A DNA stretch of 52,569 bases, counting the filler, from Trypethelium eluteriae (taxonomy: Eukaryota), in assembly GCA_051942245.1 (NCBI GenBank). It is 2 parts of 2 records of this genome, joined end to end, with 100 filler letters (N's around TTAATTAATTAA, not from the genome) between each part and the next. Parts side by side here need not be neighbours in the genome. Positions count along the whole stretch, not along the records: positions 1 to 26,257 come from JAVECL010000358.1; 1 more part is not named here. One strand, written 5' to 3'. Below are positions 12,507 to 25,367 of this stretch, piece after piece. Numbering within the stretch: position 1 is the stretch's first letter; each line of letters begins with the position of its first letter. The notes below the pieces were generated by a model. It searched no databases, had not been told where the DNA came from, and saw nothing but the letters and a program-made list of their open reading frames with translations. Both the position numbers and the translations under genes were made by a program.

Positions 12507-13669
12507 ATGGCGTATAGCATGGAAGGGTACGCATCCTTGAAAAAGTACTCACAGCCAATTGACCAACTTCTTGACCTTTCTCAGAGTGGGTCTGATTACA
12601 GGAGCAGCCAGCGGCATCGGAAGAGCAACAACCCTCGCTTTAGCTCGTGATGGCTGCAAACGCCTCGTACTCGCCGACGTCAACGCGTCGGGTCTGGAGT
12701 CGCTCTCTTCGGAGCTAAAATCCGCCAATTCCACAATGCAGATTGTCTGCGTACCAACAGACACCTCGAAGGAGATAGATGTCCAGCACATGGTGGACGA
12801 AGCGGTCAAAGCCTTCGGCTCTATCCATTATTGCGTCAATTCCGCAGGCGTGACAAGTTCCCCGAGAACCGTCAGCCATGAATTGCCTATTGAGGCTTGG
12901 GACCGAGTACAGAGAATCAATCTGCGAGGCGTCTGGCTTTGTCAGAAGGCGGAGATCACGCAGATGTTAAAGCAACAGGCTGAATTGACAATGATGTAGG
13001 TTAAATGAAGGAAAGGAAAGATATTGTTTTCGATGACTCGAAGTTAAGAGGAAGTAAGAGAATATGGAAACAATCCTCAAACTACGTTGGACGATCTTGT
13101 AGAGTCTGAAGTCTTGATGCCTCCATTGTTTAAAGCGCTTTTCAGAAAGATGTTTGCTAACCCAGTCGTTTCCAGGACCGGAGCACCGCCGCAAAGAGGG
13201 AGCATCGTCAATATTTCGTCTGTACTTGGCCGAGTAGCTCATCCTACCAATGGATCTGTAAGGAGAAGCATACTTATTTCGCATGCATGGATATAGACTA
13301 ATCCATGTCCAACTACTCGCAGTACGCAGCCGCGAAGGCTGGCGTTCTGGGCATCTCCCGGACAGACGCGGTGGCCTATGGCAACGAAGGCATACGCATC
13401 AATTCTGTCTGTCCCGGCATAATCGAAACACCAAGTAGGTCCTAATGTTTTACCGCACGCTCTCTGACGTCTTCTGATAGTGTGTAGTGGTAGAAAACTC
13501 GTTACGGGAAGGTGCTAATTACGACAAGTTGATCGAGCGCGTGCCAATCAGTCGATGGGGAAGGCCTGAGGAGGTAGCGCAAGTCTGCGTATTCTTGGCA
13601 AGCGCTCGGGCTAGTTTTGTGACGGGAGAGGAAGTTATTGTTGATGGCGGACTGCTGCACAAGTTGTAG
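12507..13669 (+). CDS. Classical short-chain dehydrogenase/reductase; 5 exons (12507-12526, 12585-12995, 13176-13257, 13323-13434, 13488-13669)
   Basis: Rossmann motif [23 protein letters not shown], catalytic [14 protein letters not shown] and C-terminal [14 protein letters not shown]. Splice sites keep frame. Confidence 0.93.
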
Positions 13670-15343
13670 TTGCGTGAGGCTCTTGGCGAATCGATTACTA
13701 GGAATTCTGGGCATTCGTAATACTGTAGGCTTGTGCCAGCTTGTTTGTTGCCATTTCCTTGGCATCTTACGAGCTGCGCAGATGCTGTCTCCTTGTCCTC
13801 GTCACGATTGTCTCAGAAAGCGAAGAATGGGGACAAGAAGCTTGTTCTTTTCTGGTGTGTCTGCGCATCAATGCGAAAATATGCGAAGACAGCGTCTGCC
13901 AAGATGAACTCTAATAAATGGTAGTATCGGTCAACTTCCTAATTGGGGTCTTTCATCCGATCTTTAAAACACAGGTGCTCAGCATGATGTCACATTTTAT
14001 TGGATTTCGGATTCCTTTGTTCCTCACGGGCTGCGGGCCTTCCTAATGCCATAGGTGCTAGGAAAGAGGAAAGTTGATGTGTACTTCTAAGGACAAGTTT
14101 TCACCAACATCAATATCGAAATGCATCTTGACGTACAGATCACCCGTACCTTTTAGCTGAGTTGAGTTTAAAGGCGATAGTTCGGGGCTAAAGGCTACTA
14201 GATTATTCCTTTTGCAAAATGGAACCTTGGTATGCAGGAGACAAATAGCCATGGAATATGGACACAAGCAAGCCTCAGGAAACGCATATGAAGCAGCGGG
14301 CAAATTGGTTCTCTTGACACGTATTTGAGCATCATGTCTGGAGGTGGCCAGTACTTTCTCGTTCGGACACTTCCTAGGCACCCACAAAAATCTATGAAAT
14401 GAGATGCAAGAAATAGACATAATTTTGAATAATATTGATCGGCGGAAGAAAATGTCAAAACGAGTACGGAGTACCATCCGTGGAACACGGCAATTCTGTT
14501 CTCATTATGTCCAAGGCAGGAAGTCCTCTGGTGCAAAATCCGGGCATTCCCAAATGTGACCCAACCTTGCACGTAATCACAACAAGCCAAGCCGAAGACC
14601 ATCGACTAGCCCTCTTCCGCACTCTTCCCAAGCAACATGACTTGTCATTAACTACAACAAAGTCGATTCCTCTTTGTACTACTTTACTTTCCTCCCCAAG
14701 AACCAACACCAAGTAGGACGTCGTCTGCGGATCTCGCTGCCTCTGACGATTAGTTCCATTGGCCATTTTGGGTATCGTCCTCGAGACGCCCTACCCGCTT
14801 GAGTTTCCATTCTGAATCAATTCATTTGGGTATTATGCGGGTGAAGATGGTCTTTCAGCTTAACATAGGCGCTTAGCCCTTGTTATCTGCTGGGAAATAC
14901 GAGCAAGCAGCTCGCGCGACCATCCACGAAGTACTTTTCGTCTCCTTCATTGATTATAGTCTCAACCTCGAAATTATCTTCGTATAGGATGTTTCAGCTG
15001 GAGGGAAGCACCACTACTTGTAGGCACAGCCTCGCCGTTATGTGGTCCGGAGAGCTGGCCGCCAGCCACTGCTACCAACGCCGCACCGCCCCGTCGTACA
15101 ACTGTAACGAGTTGGTTCATGAACGACCGGCGCACAATCCAGGGCCACTCGCAATTGCGATGGTTATGGTCCCTGTTGCTGAACACGTTGTATGGTAAGT
15201 TAGTAGGTTGGTCGGTAATGGTCTCAGGCCTTCCATCCCACACCCCTCTGTGTTTGCCAAATAGTCGTTGTGATAATAATGCGTGGGTTTCCACTTTTAC
15301 TATATTCAACATGTCTGAGTAATTTCGTAAGTGTTCTTCACTC

Positions 15344-17902
15344 ATGTCTTCTTTTCGTTTTCTTTGTTTTGCCTTGACGGCAGTCACATCAATCAGTGGA
15401 AGCCTGGCTGCTCCATCCACTACAGATATACAGGCCACCACTGCGGTCGCTCCTTCAGGCATCCGGCACAGCAGCTCAGGCGTACCCTATAATAATAATG
15501 ATCACCACCAGCCGCCTATCAGGAGGGATACGGAAGATCCTTCCCTTAATACCTATATAAATTCGAAAAACAGCACACCAAACTCTCACAAATCTCACCA
15601 TTTTCCCCCACTAAAAAAGGGTGCACACAAAATCTATAATGCCAACAAGAGCCATCAAAACCAGCATCAAAATAATGGGACAGAGAACGGGACAGCTCAG
15701 GCGCAGCAGACGCCTGTGGGGGGTTTTCAGTCAACTCCGCAATCGCAACCCACAAAAACTACATTGACAGAGATTTCCACCGTGCATCCAACGGAGGGAC
15801 AAACTGGCATGTGGGGCGAGCCTGCTGGACCGACAGTAGCATATCCTCCACCGCCACCACGTCCGTCTCGGCCGCCGATGAATTTGCCACCAGCAGTACA
15901 TTTCAGCAAACCAAAAAACAATCCGCAGAATTGGGTACCTTCAAACCAACACTCATTGGACTATGCCGAGGGAGGAATGAGCTCTTCAGATCATGCTCAT
16001 CATTTTGCACGATCAGATTACACCTTTCAAAACGATGTGGTCGCATTGGAGTTCTCAGATGGAGTCCAGAATATTGAGTGTGAAAAAGACCACTGGAAAG
16101 TCCAAATCAAGGACCAGCCTCACATGAAGGTAGCCGAACAGTGGCCTCAGGATGTTACGCTCATGATGTTTGGATTCTGCAACTCGGGTAATGGTCGTCT
16201 CTTCGTCGAGTCGAAGGGCCACTACGTTACAGGCCCACTGCAGATCACCGTCGTCGGCGAAGCGATTCCCATAAACAAGGTGCCGAAAAAGTACATGCGC
16301 TCCCAAGTTGGGCATTACAAGCCACAAAAGCAGAAGCGGGACTTGGCACAAGCGAAGACGGTGCCGGTTGACCCCATGATTACCCCGGCACCAACTGCTG
16401 CCCCTCAAATATACGAAAAGCGCGGACTTTTCGGCGGGTTCAAGAGTGCTATCCAGGGATTGACATCAAAGGCCGGTTCTGTCGTGTCGGACGCGACGAG
16501 TGTTGCTGGGTCAGCGGAGTCAGAGGTTACTTCGGCAGTCGTATCCGTGGCGACCCAGGCTTCCTCCGCCATCAGCTCTGTTGCGTCAGAAGCTACCTCG
16601 AAAGCAGACTCAGTGGTGTCAGACGTCACATCAGGTGCCAAATCCGTGGAATCGAAGGTCACTTCTGCCGTCGCGTCGGTGGTATCGGACGTTCGAAATT
16701 TCAACAAGACTTGGGGTACTCATTGGCATGTCAGTCATCCGACGGCTTCTCCGACTTCCTCCTCACCCTTCGGTCCAGCTGTCACGAAATTGGGCACGAT
16801 CCACAATCTCGATATCTGGGATATGGGAATAGGGCTTGTTGGAGACGCATCCCTCTCGGGTTCATTGGCGATCGACTTTTTGGCGCCAAAGGTCGAAGAA
16901 GCCAAAGTAGCGCTTGATGCGTCTGAGGTCGCCTTCAACCTACCTGTGGGAATAGTGGCAGATGCGTCCGATATCCAGCACTCATTCACCTTTGATCTTG
17001 GTAACATCGAGGTGGTCCCACCCGGGTTCGTTCTGGAAGGGTTCGCCATAGGTAATTGGTTCGAACTTGATCTCAACATAACACTTGGTGTCAAAGTCAG
17101 TGGGGATTTTGATTTGGGAACAAATCTCACGATATCAGATGCTAAGGCCGAGTGGGACGTGCTAGATAATTCCAACAATGTGCTAACTAACTGGAAACCC
17201 AAAGTCGACAAGTGGTTCCATGCCCATAACGGGAAAGCAGAGATCAAAGCTGCCTTGGGCTTCGATGTCAAATATGCCTTTGGCTATAATATCACCGCGT
17301 TGGAACACCTTCCAGGCAACAAACTTTTCAGCTTTTCTTCTCTGGAAGCCTCGCTTGTGGAGTCCATTGCTGTGGAAGCCAAAGCCTTGATTGATATACC
17401 GGACTCGAAGCGCAAACGAGACCTTGGCATCGGTCCAGAAAGCAGCCAATTCACGAGAAACCATCCCAAGGACATTCTGCGTCGTGAACTGGCCAGATTC
17501 GATACCTGCGACCAACGAGGTGGTATCCCGTTTACGTTGAGCTTAGCAGACAACATCTTCATGCAAGCGGGTTTGGGCGCCCTGATAGGCACCAAGATAC
17601 CAATCTGGACGTGGACGACGCCTCTCTGGTCGACTTGCTTCGAGAATGCTCAACCAAAGGGGCACGAGCACGGGCATAATAACGAGACGCATTCCAATCG
17701 CACGAGTCCCGGGGCTAGCAATGCAAAACCCTCGGACACGATCCATCGCTTCCACAAGGGCAACGGAACGGGTCATGCCGCGCCTGGCGATTTCTCGTCA
17801 AGTAGAGGAAACCAGCCAAACGCCACCGGGGCTGGTCATCATCGTGTGCGCAAAAGGAGCTTACCTCACACGACCCGTGCACCCAACATCTTGATTCGGT
17901 AG
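15344..17902 (+). CDS. Large secreted protein (852 aa) with Ser/Thr/Ala/Val repeats, dibasic cleavage sites and a beta-rich C-terminal domain
   Basis: Signal peptide MSSFRFLCFALTAVTSISGSLA; intronless ORF; ~11-residue repeat tract (SVVSDATSVAG/SAESEVTSAVV...); many KR/RR sites. Resembles DUF7029/DUF7223-type fungal secreted proteins from memory, unverified. Confidence 0.85.
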   Translation: MSSFRFLCFALTAVTSISGSLAAPSTTDIQATTAVAPSGIRHSSSGVPYNNNDHHQPPIRRDTEDPSLNTYINSKNSTPNSHKSHHFPPLKKGAHKIYNANKSHQNQHQNNGTENGTAQAQQTPVGGFQSTPQSQPTKTTLTEISTVHPTEGQTGMWGEPAGPTVAYPPPPPRPSRPPMNLPPAVHFSKPKNNPQNWVPSNQHSLDYAEGGMSSSDHAHHFARSDYTFQNDVVALEFSDGVQNIECEKDHWKVQIKDQPHMKVAEQWPQDVTLMMFGFCNSGNGRLFVESKGHYVTGPLQITVVGEAIPINKVPKKYMRSQVGHYKPQKQKRDLAQAKTVPVDPMITPAPTAAPQIYEKRGLFGGFKSAIQGLTSKAGSVVSDATSVAGSAESEVTSAVVSVATQASSAISSVASEATSKADSVVSDVTSGAKSVESKVTSAVASVVSDVRNFNKTWGTHWHVSHPTASPTSSSPFGPAVTKLGTIHNLDIWDMGIGLVGDASLSGSLAIDFLAPKVEEAKVALDASEVAFNLPVGIVADASDIQHSFTFDLGNIEVVPPGFVLEGFAIGNWFELDLNITLGVKVSGDFDLGTNLTISDAKAEWDVLDNSNNVLTNWKPKVDKWFHAHNGKAEIKAALGFDVKYAFGYNITALEHLPGNKLFSFSSLEASLVESIAVEAKALIDIPDSKRKRDLGIGPESSQFTRNHPKDILRRELARFDTCDQRGGIPFTLSLADNIFMQAGLGALIGTKIPIWTWTTPLWSTCFENAQPKGHEHGHNNETHSNRTSPGASNAKPSDTIHRFHKGNGTGHAAPGDFSSSRGNQPNATGAGHHRVRKRSLPHTTRAPNILIR

Positions 17903-19037
17903 CAGTCTTGATACTGTGGGCTATTGAAGAAAACCGAAGGAACGCAAGAATACGATGTGTGGATAAGGTTAATCTTAACCATCCCATGAAAAAGGAAACA
18001 CCATTTGCTTATCTGAGATACCCAGAGAGATCCCCGAGCCCGGGGATCGGAAATGCGATGATGTCTATTGTGGAGCCACAGCCTCGTATTGAGATTAAAT
18101 AATCATAAGACCGGTCCGAGGCAGGGCCTGGATACGGCGCCTATTAATGTAATATTCATGACTCTTCTTCGATGAATATGGTAAATAGCGGGGTTCTGTT
18201 TATCTCTTCCCACAGAAGAAGCAAACAATGCCAAAGTCTGCGGCGTCTAAATAATGGTGTGGCGTGTTTCAGGACTCCTACCTTGGCGTACAAAATATGT
18301 TGGTAAATGATATCATGTCTCTAGATGTCAATGCGGGCGCGTTGTTTGCGATGATCTCGCACGCATTTGGATTGTTAGGGTTCAGGACTTCTTGCGGGAT
18401 CTGTCGCAAAACGAATCTGTATGTAGTTTCCGATGATGGACCAAGTGGCTTGGCATCTGAATCGAAGTTTCTACGATCCTTCCGCTGCAGCTAACGGGAA
18501 CGCGGGTGGTTGGAGTTCACACCAGACACAAGGTGACATCATTGGGGAGAGGTCGCAAGTCTTTCGTACAACGATGGGTTCGCACAACGTTATGGAGTAC
18601 CAGTAAACTCTTCACCGAGTTGAGCATAATCTCTGTAGATCTGCCGTTTACCTGCCGCAACTACTGCCATAAGCTTAACTGACAAAGCAACCTACGCCAT
18701 TTGCATGCGTATTATCTAATAGCGGGTCTATCCTCCGATGAGATAAGAAGTATCCTCTTGATGATTTAACAGAGATACGAGTTTTGGGTCGAGTCCTCTT
18801 GGTAGGTAGAGAGATGAAATTTTCGTGACAGCAAAATAGCCGATGCTTTGATCCCGTTATGCAAGATCTGTTGCGAACCGTTGAGCTTGTGAGCGTATTG
18901 CAGAACCAAGACTGCCGCGATGGTTTTCTCAGGCAGCACATATCATAATTAACCTTACATGTACTCCGTACCTCTGTCTCACGTATAAAAACTCTAGATT
19001 CTCGTCGAGGCCCTTCCCAGCATGTGGAAGCCAAAAT

Positions 19038-19248
19038 GCCAGGAAGCATCTGAAGGTTTCGGCGGTAGGAACTCCCTGGCTGCACCATTGCCGGCGCGTT
19101 TTTCCGGACAGTGATGGGCTTCTGGCCAGGGCGCCTCAAACGACGGCCTGAACTGGAACCGTTCAACCATAATAGGGACACCCTGCTCTTAACTTGGCGT
19201 TTCCGTGGCAGCAGTGGAGGAAAACAGATTTCGTATTGATGCCCTGGC
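19038..19248. promoter_or_regulatory. Cluster of five PacC/Rim101 consensus sites (GCCARG) upstream of the H+-ATPase
   Basis: GCCAGG 19038, CCTGGC 19075, GCCAGG 19125, CTTGGC 19193, CCTGGC 19243. Further sites at 18282, 18449, 19484 and 20006. Confidence 0.45.
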
Positions 19249-21026
19249 AATGATGGCGGGCTTTGATTTCGGTCAAGGTTAAACAGACCCAGTGCACCAG
19301 TGCGTGCGGGCCCCCACGGCACTCTTTTTCAGGGTCCACCGAACACGACTCGCGTGCTCTCCACAGTAATCATCCAGCAGGCAGATTTCCACGCTATATA
19401 CAGCAGCGCAAATGGTTAAATTTCCGCTGCGCTGGGTTGCGACACTGCGTCCTTGCTAAGCCAGTTGATACTCCTTGGAGCTACTTGGCGATGCAGGTGC
19501 GCAGAAATAGGCTGTGACTACCAAGACATTTTTGTGCTTTCAACAAGACGGTGACACCGAAGATGGCATTGCTCAAGGGTCTGCAATGTTTCATGCAGGT
19601 GAAGATCCGGATGGTTAGGGTAGCGATCAGCCCACCTACCTGAAACGAACCGGATGCAGTGCTCGTGCTGTGTTTCCTTTTGCCAGAGAGGCAATAAAAA
19701 TTTTTCATGCCATGCATCTCATCAAGTGAGATGATGATTACCTAGTTACCCGAAGAGCGGCCACAACTAGGTACCTAAGATAATATGTTTCGGCACGAAG
19801 GAGCCGATAATTTGATCCCCAAAGGATTTGCGAGGGCGCTGGGTAGCTGGCGAAATTCGCGCAAGATGATTCGGTGAAGAATTTGATGAGCTATGGGGAG
19901 CACCGGACGAGGCATTTTCCTGAGCGAGGGATTTTTCAGGTAAGGCCCAGCGGCCGTTTACGGATCAGTAGCCGGATTATTGAATCACGATATACGTCCT
20001 TTTACCCTGGCCGACCAATGTGCCAATGTCCGGGGCTGCCGAGCGCTGCACACCTCAGCGTAGGTAAGGAGCAGAGGCGTGGCAGACCACGCACAGTCAG
20101 CATGATTGGGCTGGGGTGAGGTTATTTTGACTTTGTTGGGTCTCCCGGTCGACCAACACTGGCAGAAACAGCCGGGCCTCGCGGCAAAGCCATCCTGCGC
20201 ACGGCCCTTGAAACAAAATGGATCGTGCTGAAGCTCCTCCAGGGAAGCTTCTAGCTGCTCTCTCATCCTATCGCGACTTCTTCTCGGATGTTCATGAATG
20301 CAGTCAATTGTGCTGCAGCTTTAATTGCGTTGACGATCAGAGGTCTTCAAGCCTCAATCACGGCCCTTCATCTCCTAGGTCTCCCAGCTCTCCCGGGCTT
20401 CCTAGGTGTCGTTGGTGTGAGCCTAGCGTGACATCATTCGGCTCCAACGGCGCACCGCTGAGATGCAGCTCCGCCATTGGCCAATTGGCATGGGTATCAG
20501 GGAGCTTGGGCCGCCGTCTGGTGCTAGAATAGTGGGACCCGTCACAGGCGCATCCAGCCTTGAAGATTGGGAAATTAGGAAAAATGATAGTAAACAAACA
20601 AAGCGATACGGATTAGACACAGCTGGTTTAGTCGCCATCGGTGCTCGCGAGACGCGAGACGCAGCGAATTGAAAGGAGTGATCCGGAGCAGGCTGCCGCT
20701 GACTGCAAAAAAGCGCAGAGGTGCGTGTTGATCTTGCCGAGCTTTCTCCCACTGCGTGACTATCACTACCGCTTCCGGCATCGTCCCGGAAGCAATCGCG
20801 CGGGCGTCGAAGCCTCCTAACGTCACTCTCCTTCACGGCCGCCTGCAAGTCCACCCGCACCATCCTCGCCGAGCTGCTCGTAGGTCATTGATAATACAGC
20901 TCTCTTCCCCTCCCTCTCTCTTTCTGCTTTTCTGCCGCCCTTTGACTTTTATCCTCTCCACTCTTCTTCTCCCATCCTCTCCCAATTGAGCTCCAGCAGT
21001 TTTGTCAACTTCCTGCTGCACTCGCC

Positions 21027-24000
21027 ATGCCTCCCTTTCGCGGCACCAGTAAAGAGCGCGATCTCGAGAATGGTGAGCCCGACACCGAGCGTAAGAGGAG
21101 CAGACAATTCAGTCGCTCCTCCATCGCTCAGCCGGGCGACCTAGACGAGTATCAAGCTCTTGACAAGTACATCTCTACCTATCGTGATCCCAAGGCCGCC
21201 GCCGTTGACGACGCAGAGGGCCAGCAGAAGGATGCTGATGATGCAAGGAAAGGAAAGCCCTGGTGGGCTTTCTGGAGAAGCGGTACCTCATCACAGGCCA
21301 AAGAATCCGATCCTGGTGTTATTCCCGACGACTGGCTCGAGGCCGACATCCATCAGGGTATTTCTGCTCAGGATGTAGAGGCTCGCCGGAGACGATTCGG
21401 CTTCAACGAGCTCGCCACGGAAAAGGAAAATATGTTCATCAAATTCCTCATGTTCTTCACCGGTCCAATTCTCTATGGTAAGCTTGATTATGATGGAATT
21501 GACGCGTCAATTGCGGCTAAATGCGTGTCACAGTCATGGAACTAGCCGTTCTTCTTGCGGCTGGTCTTCGCGACTGGGTTGATTTTGGTGTCATCATCGG
21601 TATTCTGTTCTTGAACGCGGCTGTCGGTTGGTATCAAGAAAAGCAAGCTGCTGATGTCGTCGCTTCACTAAAGGGTGACATTGCCATGAAAGCAGTTGTC
21701 ATCCGTGATGGACATGAGGAAGAAATCAAGGCTCGTGAACTTGTACCAGGTGATATCATTGTTGTCGAAGAAGGCTTCACTGTCCCTGCCGACGCTCGTC
21801 TCATCTGTGACTACGAGAAGCCCGAGGATTTCGCCAAGTATCGCGAACTCAAGGAACAGGATCAATTCGGTGTTTCCAGCGATCCCGATGATGAAGGCGG
21901 TGAAAAGGAGGATGATGAGAAGGACGAAGATGATGATCCTAAGCACATCCACCAGGGTCACCCAATCGTCGCTTGCGATCAATCTGCCATCACTGGAGAA
22001 TCTTTGGCCGTCGACAAATACATGGGCGATACTGTCTTCTACACGACTGGTTGCAAGCGTGGCCGATCTTACGCTGTTTGTTTGACTTCAGCTAAACACT
22101 CTTTCGTCGGTCGCACTGCATCTCTTGTGCAGGGTGCCAAAGATCAGGGACATTTCAAGGCTATCATGAACTCTATCGGTACCGCGTTGCTTGTCATCGT
22201 CGTCTTCTGGATCCTCATCGCTTGGATTGGTGGTTTCTTCCACCATCTGAAGATCGCCACCCCAGAGTCCGATTCCGAGGACTTGCTTCGCTATGCTCTT
22301 ATCTTGCTTATCATCGGTGTTCCAGTCGGTCTACCAGTCGTCACAACCACAACTCTGGCTGTCGGTGCTGCCTACTTGGCCAAACAGCAAGCTATTGTGC
22401 AAAAATTGACAGCCATCGAGTCGCTCGCTGGTGTCGATGTCCTCTGCTCTGATAAGACTGGTACTCTTACAGCCAACCAGCTCTCTATTCGTGAGCCATT
22501 CGTGTCAGAAGGTCAAGATGTCAACTGGATGATGGCGGTTGCTGCATTGGCTTCATCTCACAACGTCAAGTCTCTCGATCCTATCGATAAAGTTACTATC
22601 CTTACTATCAAGCGTTACCCCAAGGCACGTCAAATTCTCCAGCAGAAATGGGTTACCGAAAAATTCACGCCATTCGACCCTGTCTCCAAGCGTATTACGA
22701 CGGTTTGCCATCTTGATGGTGTAAAATACACTTGCGCTAAAGGTGCACCGAAAGCTATTCTCGCCTTGACCAACTGTTCTAAGGAAACAGGTGATCTCTT
22801 CAAGAGCAAGGCTACTGAATTCGCTCGACGTGGATTCCGTTCTCTCGGTGTGGCGTACAAGAAGAACGAGGAGGAATGGATCTTGCTTGGCATGCTTTCC
22901 ATGTTCGACCCTCCTCGTGAGGATACCGCGCAGACCATCGTCGAGGCTCAGCAGCTCGGTGTACCAGTCAAGATGCTCACGGGTGACGCTATCGCTATTG
23001 CCAAGGAAACTTGCAAGATGCTTGCTCTCGGAACAAAGGTTTACAACTCTCAGAAGCTTATCCACGGTGGTCTATCTGGCACTACACAGCACGACCTTGT
23101 AGAGCGTGCAGACGGCTTTGCTGAAGTCTTCCCCGAACACAAATACCAGGTCGTCGAGATGCTTCAACAAAGAGGTCATCTTACGGCCATGACTGGTGAC
23201 GGTACGTTTCCCTCTCGGCCTACACCGTCACGTGATTTTAAACTAATCGTTACTTTCAGGTGTCAACGACGCTCCCTCTTTGAAGAAAGCCGACTGCGGT
23301 ATTGCCGTCGAAGGTGCTTCTGAAGCCGCTCAAGCCGCCGCCGATATTGTGTTCCTCGCCCCCGGTCTCTCCACTATTGTGCTCGCTATCAAGACTGCAC
23401 GACAAATTTTCCAGCGTATGAAGGCATACATTCAGTATCGTATTGCGCTCTGTCTGCATCTCGAAATTTACCTCGTTACTTCCATGGTGATCATCAACGA
23501 AACCATTCGTGTCGATCTTATTGTCTTCATCGCTCTCTTCGCCGATTTGGCTACCGTAGCAGTGGCTTACGACAACGCTCATTCTGAAGCGCGTCCAGTG
23601 GAATGGCAATTGCCTAAGATCTGGATCATTAGTGTTATTCTCGGTATACTGCTTGCGCTTGGCACATGGGTTATTCGCGGCACATTATACATGCCTAACG
23701 GTGGTATCATCCAAAACTTCGGTGCTGTTCAACCCATTCTCTTCCTTGAAGTTGCTCTTACTGAGAACTGGCTCATCTTCGTCACTCGTGGCGGTAACAC
23801 ATGGCCCTCATGGCAACTTGTCGGTGCCATTCTTGGTGTTGATGCTCTCGCCACGATCTTCTGTCTCTTCGGTTGGCTCTCCGGTGACGGTGAGCCGGCT
23901 GATCCCGTCTCCCGCAACACCAAGCTCAACCACCACGGCAAAACCGACGGCTGGGTTGACATCGTCACGGTCGTTGTCATCTGGGGTTACTCAATCGGTG

Positions 24001-24212
24001 TCACCATCGTCATTGCAATCGTCTACTACCTCCTCAACCAAATTCCATGGCTCGACAACCTCGGTCGCAAGACCCGCAGTCACGCTGACACTCAAATGGA
24101 GAACATCATCGGTCACATCAGCAAATTGGCAGTCGAGCATGAGGTTGATGACCATGGCAAGAGTCGGTATATCTTGGCCACCAAGGCATCGGCGGAGGAA
24201 GAAGAGGAATAA
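21027..24212 (+). CDS. PMA1: Plasma-membrane H+-ATPase (P3A); exons 21027-21477, 21534-23201, 23260-24212
   Basis: DQSAITGES, PVGLPVV, phosphorylation site CSDKTGTLT, KGAP, MLTGDA, and MTGD|GVNDAPSLKKAD joined across a GT-AG intron. Confidence 0.97.
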
Positions 24213-25367
24213 GCGATGGTACGATAATAAAAATTTGGGCAACAAAACAAATGCTCGGGTGGTATCAGGGCAGAGAATGGGCGTCATGGGGCTTATTAGC
24301 TCTGTCCGTTCATTGCGTGCTCTGGTTGGTGGAAGCTTATACCTGATCTCATAATCTGAGATGGATATACACTTTCTAGTAATGTAGTGTACAGAACCTT
24401 CCCTTTTGTTTCTTGTGTAAACGTGGAAGACATCCACCGAAATTCAGCGTTTCGTCATAATAACCGAGTAAAATTCTCAAGTAATCCGGTGATTGACGTA
24501 GTTTGAAGGAACGTGACGCCTATGTTCAGTGCCTTCAGTGTTCCTCGTACAATTTGGTGACAACTGAGGCAATTTTGCATCATTATTTGCCTGATTGTGT
24601 ATCGTCTTTCTCCATCCATTCTGCCGGTAGATTTGGGTAATAGGTGGTGAAGAGCTGTAGAGGCCACTTCCGCATGCAAGATCCCTCCAACTTGGTGTTG
24701 ACACCCTTGAAGGAGTCGAAAATCCTCGCCCACCTCCACCACTTTCTCCTAACCCACATCCAACAAGGACGACATTTGTGACCAGTCCAGATGATCACTG
24801 CCTGATCGAGATCATCCCGTCAGCTTACGCGACTCTATTCGCCCGTATCTCATTCTTCGAACCGGTGCCTTTCAAACGCTATTGAGTTTGTTGCAACCAG
24901 CATCAACCCACCATCCCACCTTTAACTCGTCTTCATGATGCAACTCCAACTGCACGCACTTCACGGCCAACTGCTCACATTACGTGTCTGTATTGACCAG
25001 AGGTGTAGCCTGAACTCGGGGTTAGATGATTGCTTCACTTAGGCAAGATTGCTTTAGGGCCTGGTCGAGGTCTCATGTAAATCTGCCGTCAAAGGGTGGA
25101 CTTGGCGAGAATGAAGGCCAATTGGATAAACACTATAGTGACAGAACGGTGGGCTTTTGCTCCCTAGCTAGTGGAAATGGGTGGATGTCCGAATCATGAT
25201 AAATTCATCGTTGGCTTCGCTGGCAAAGACTGCTTCTCGATAACATCATTCCAACAGTTGCCTTTTACTTAATATCTCCTTTATCTTCAGCTCTGGTAGC
25301 TTGTTTTTTTTCTTCATCTCCACTTCTATCTTACTATCCTTCATCTGTAATATCTAGTTTTTCCGAA

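Noticed and set aside
14058..14766. Overlapping ORFs of 93-139 aa
   Set aside because: Mutually overlapping on both strands with no motifs; probably intergenic.
18675..19322. 215-aa minus-strand ORF
   Set aside because: Non-ATG start, random-like composition, and it lies in the presumed PMA1 regulatory region.
21668..24437. Long antisense and alternate-frame ORFs over PMA1 (also over MRPS5, DCL1 and the secreted protein)
   Set aside because: Expected shadows of biased codon usage in the real genes.
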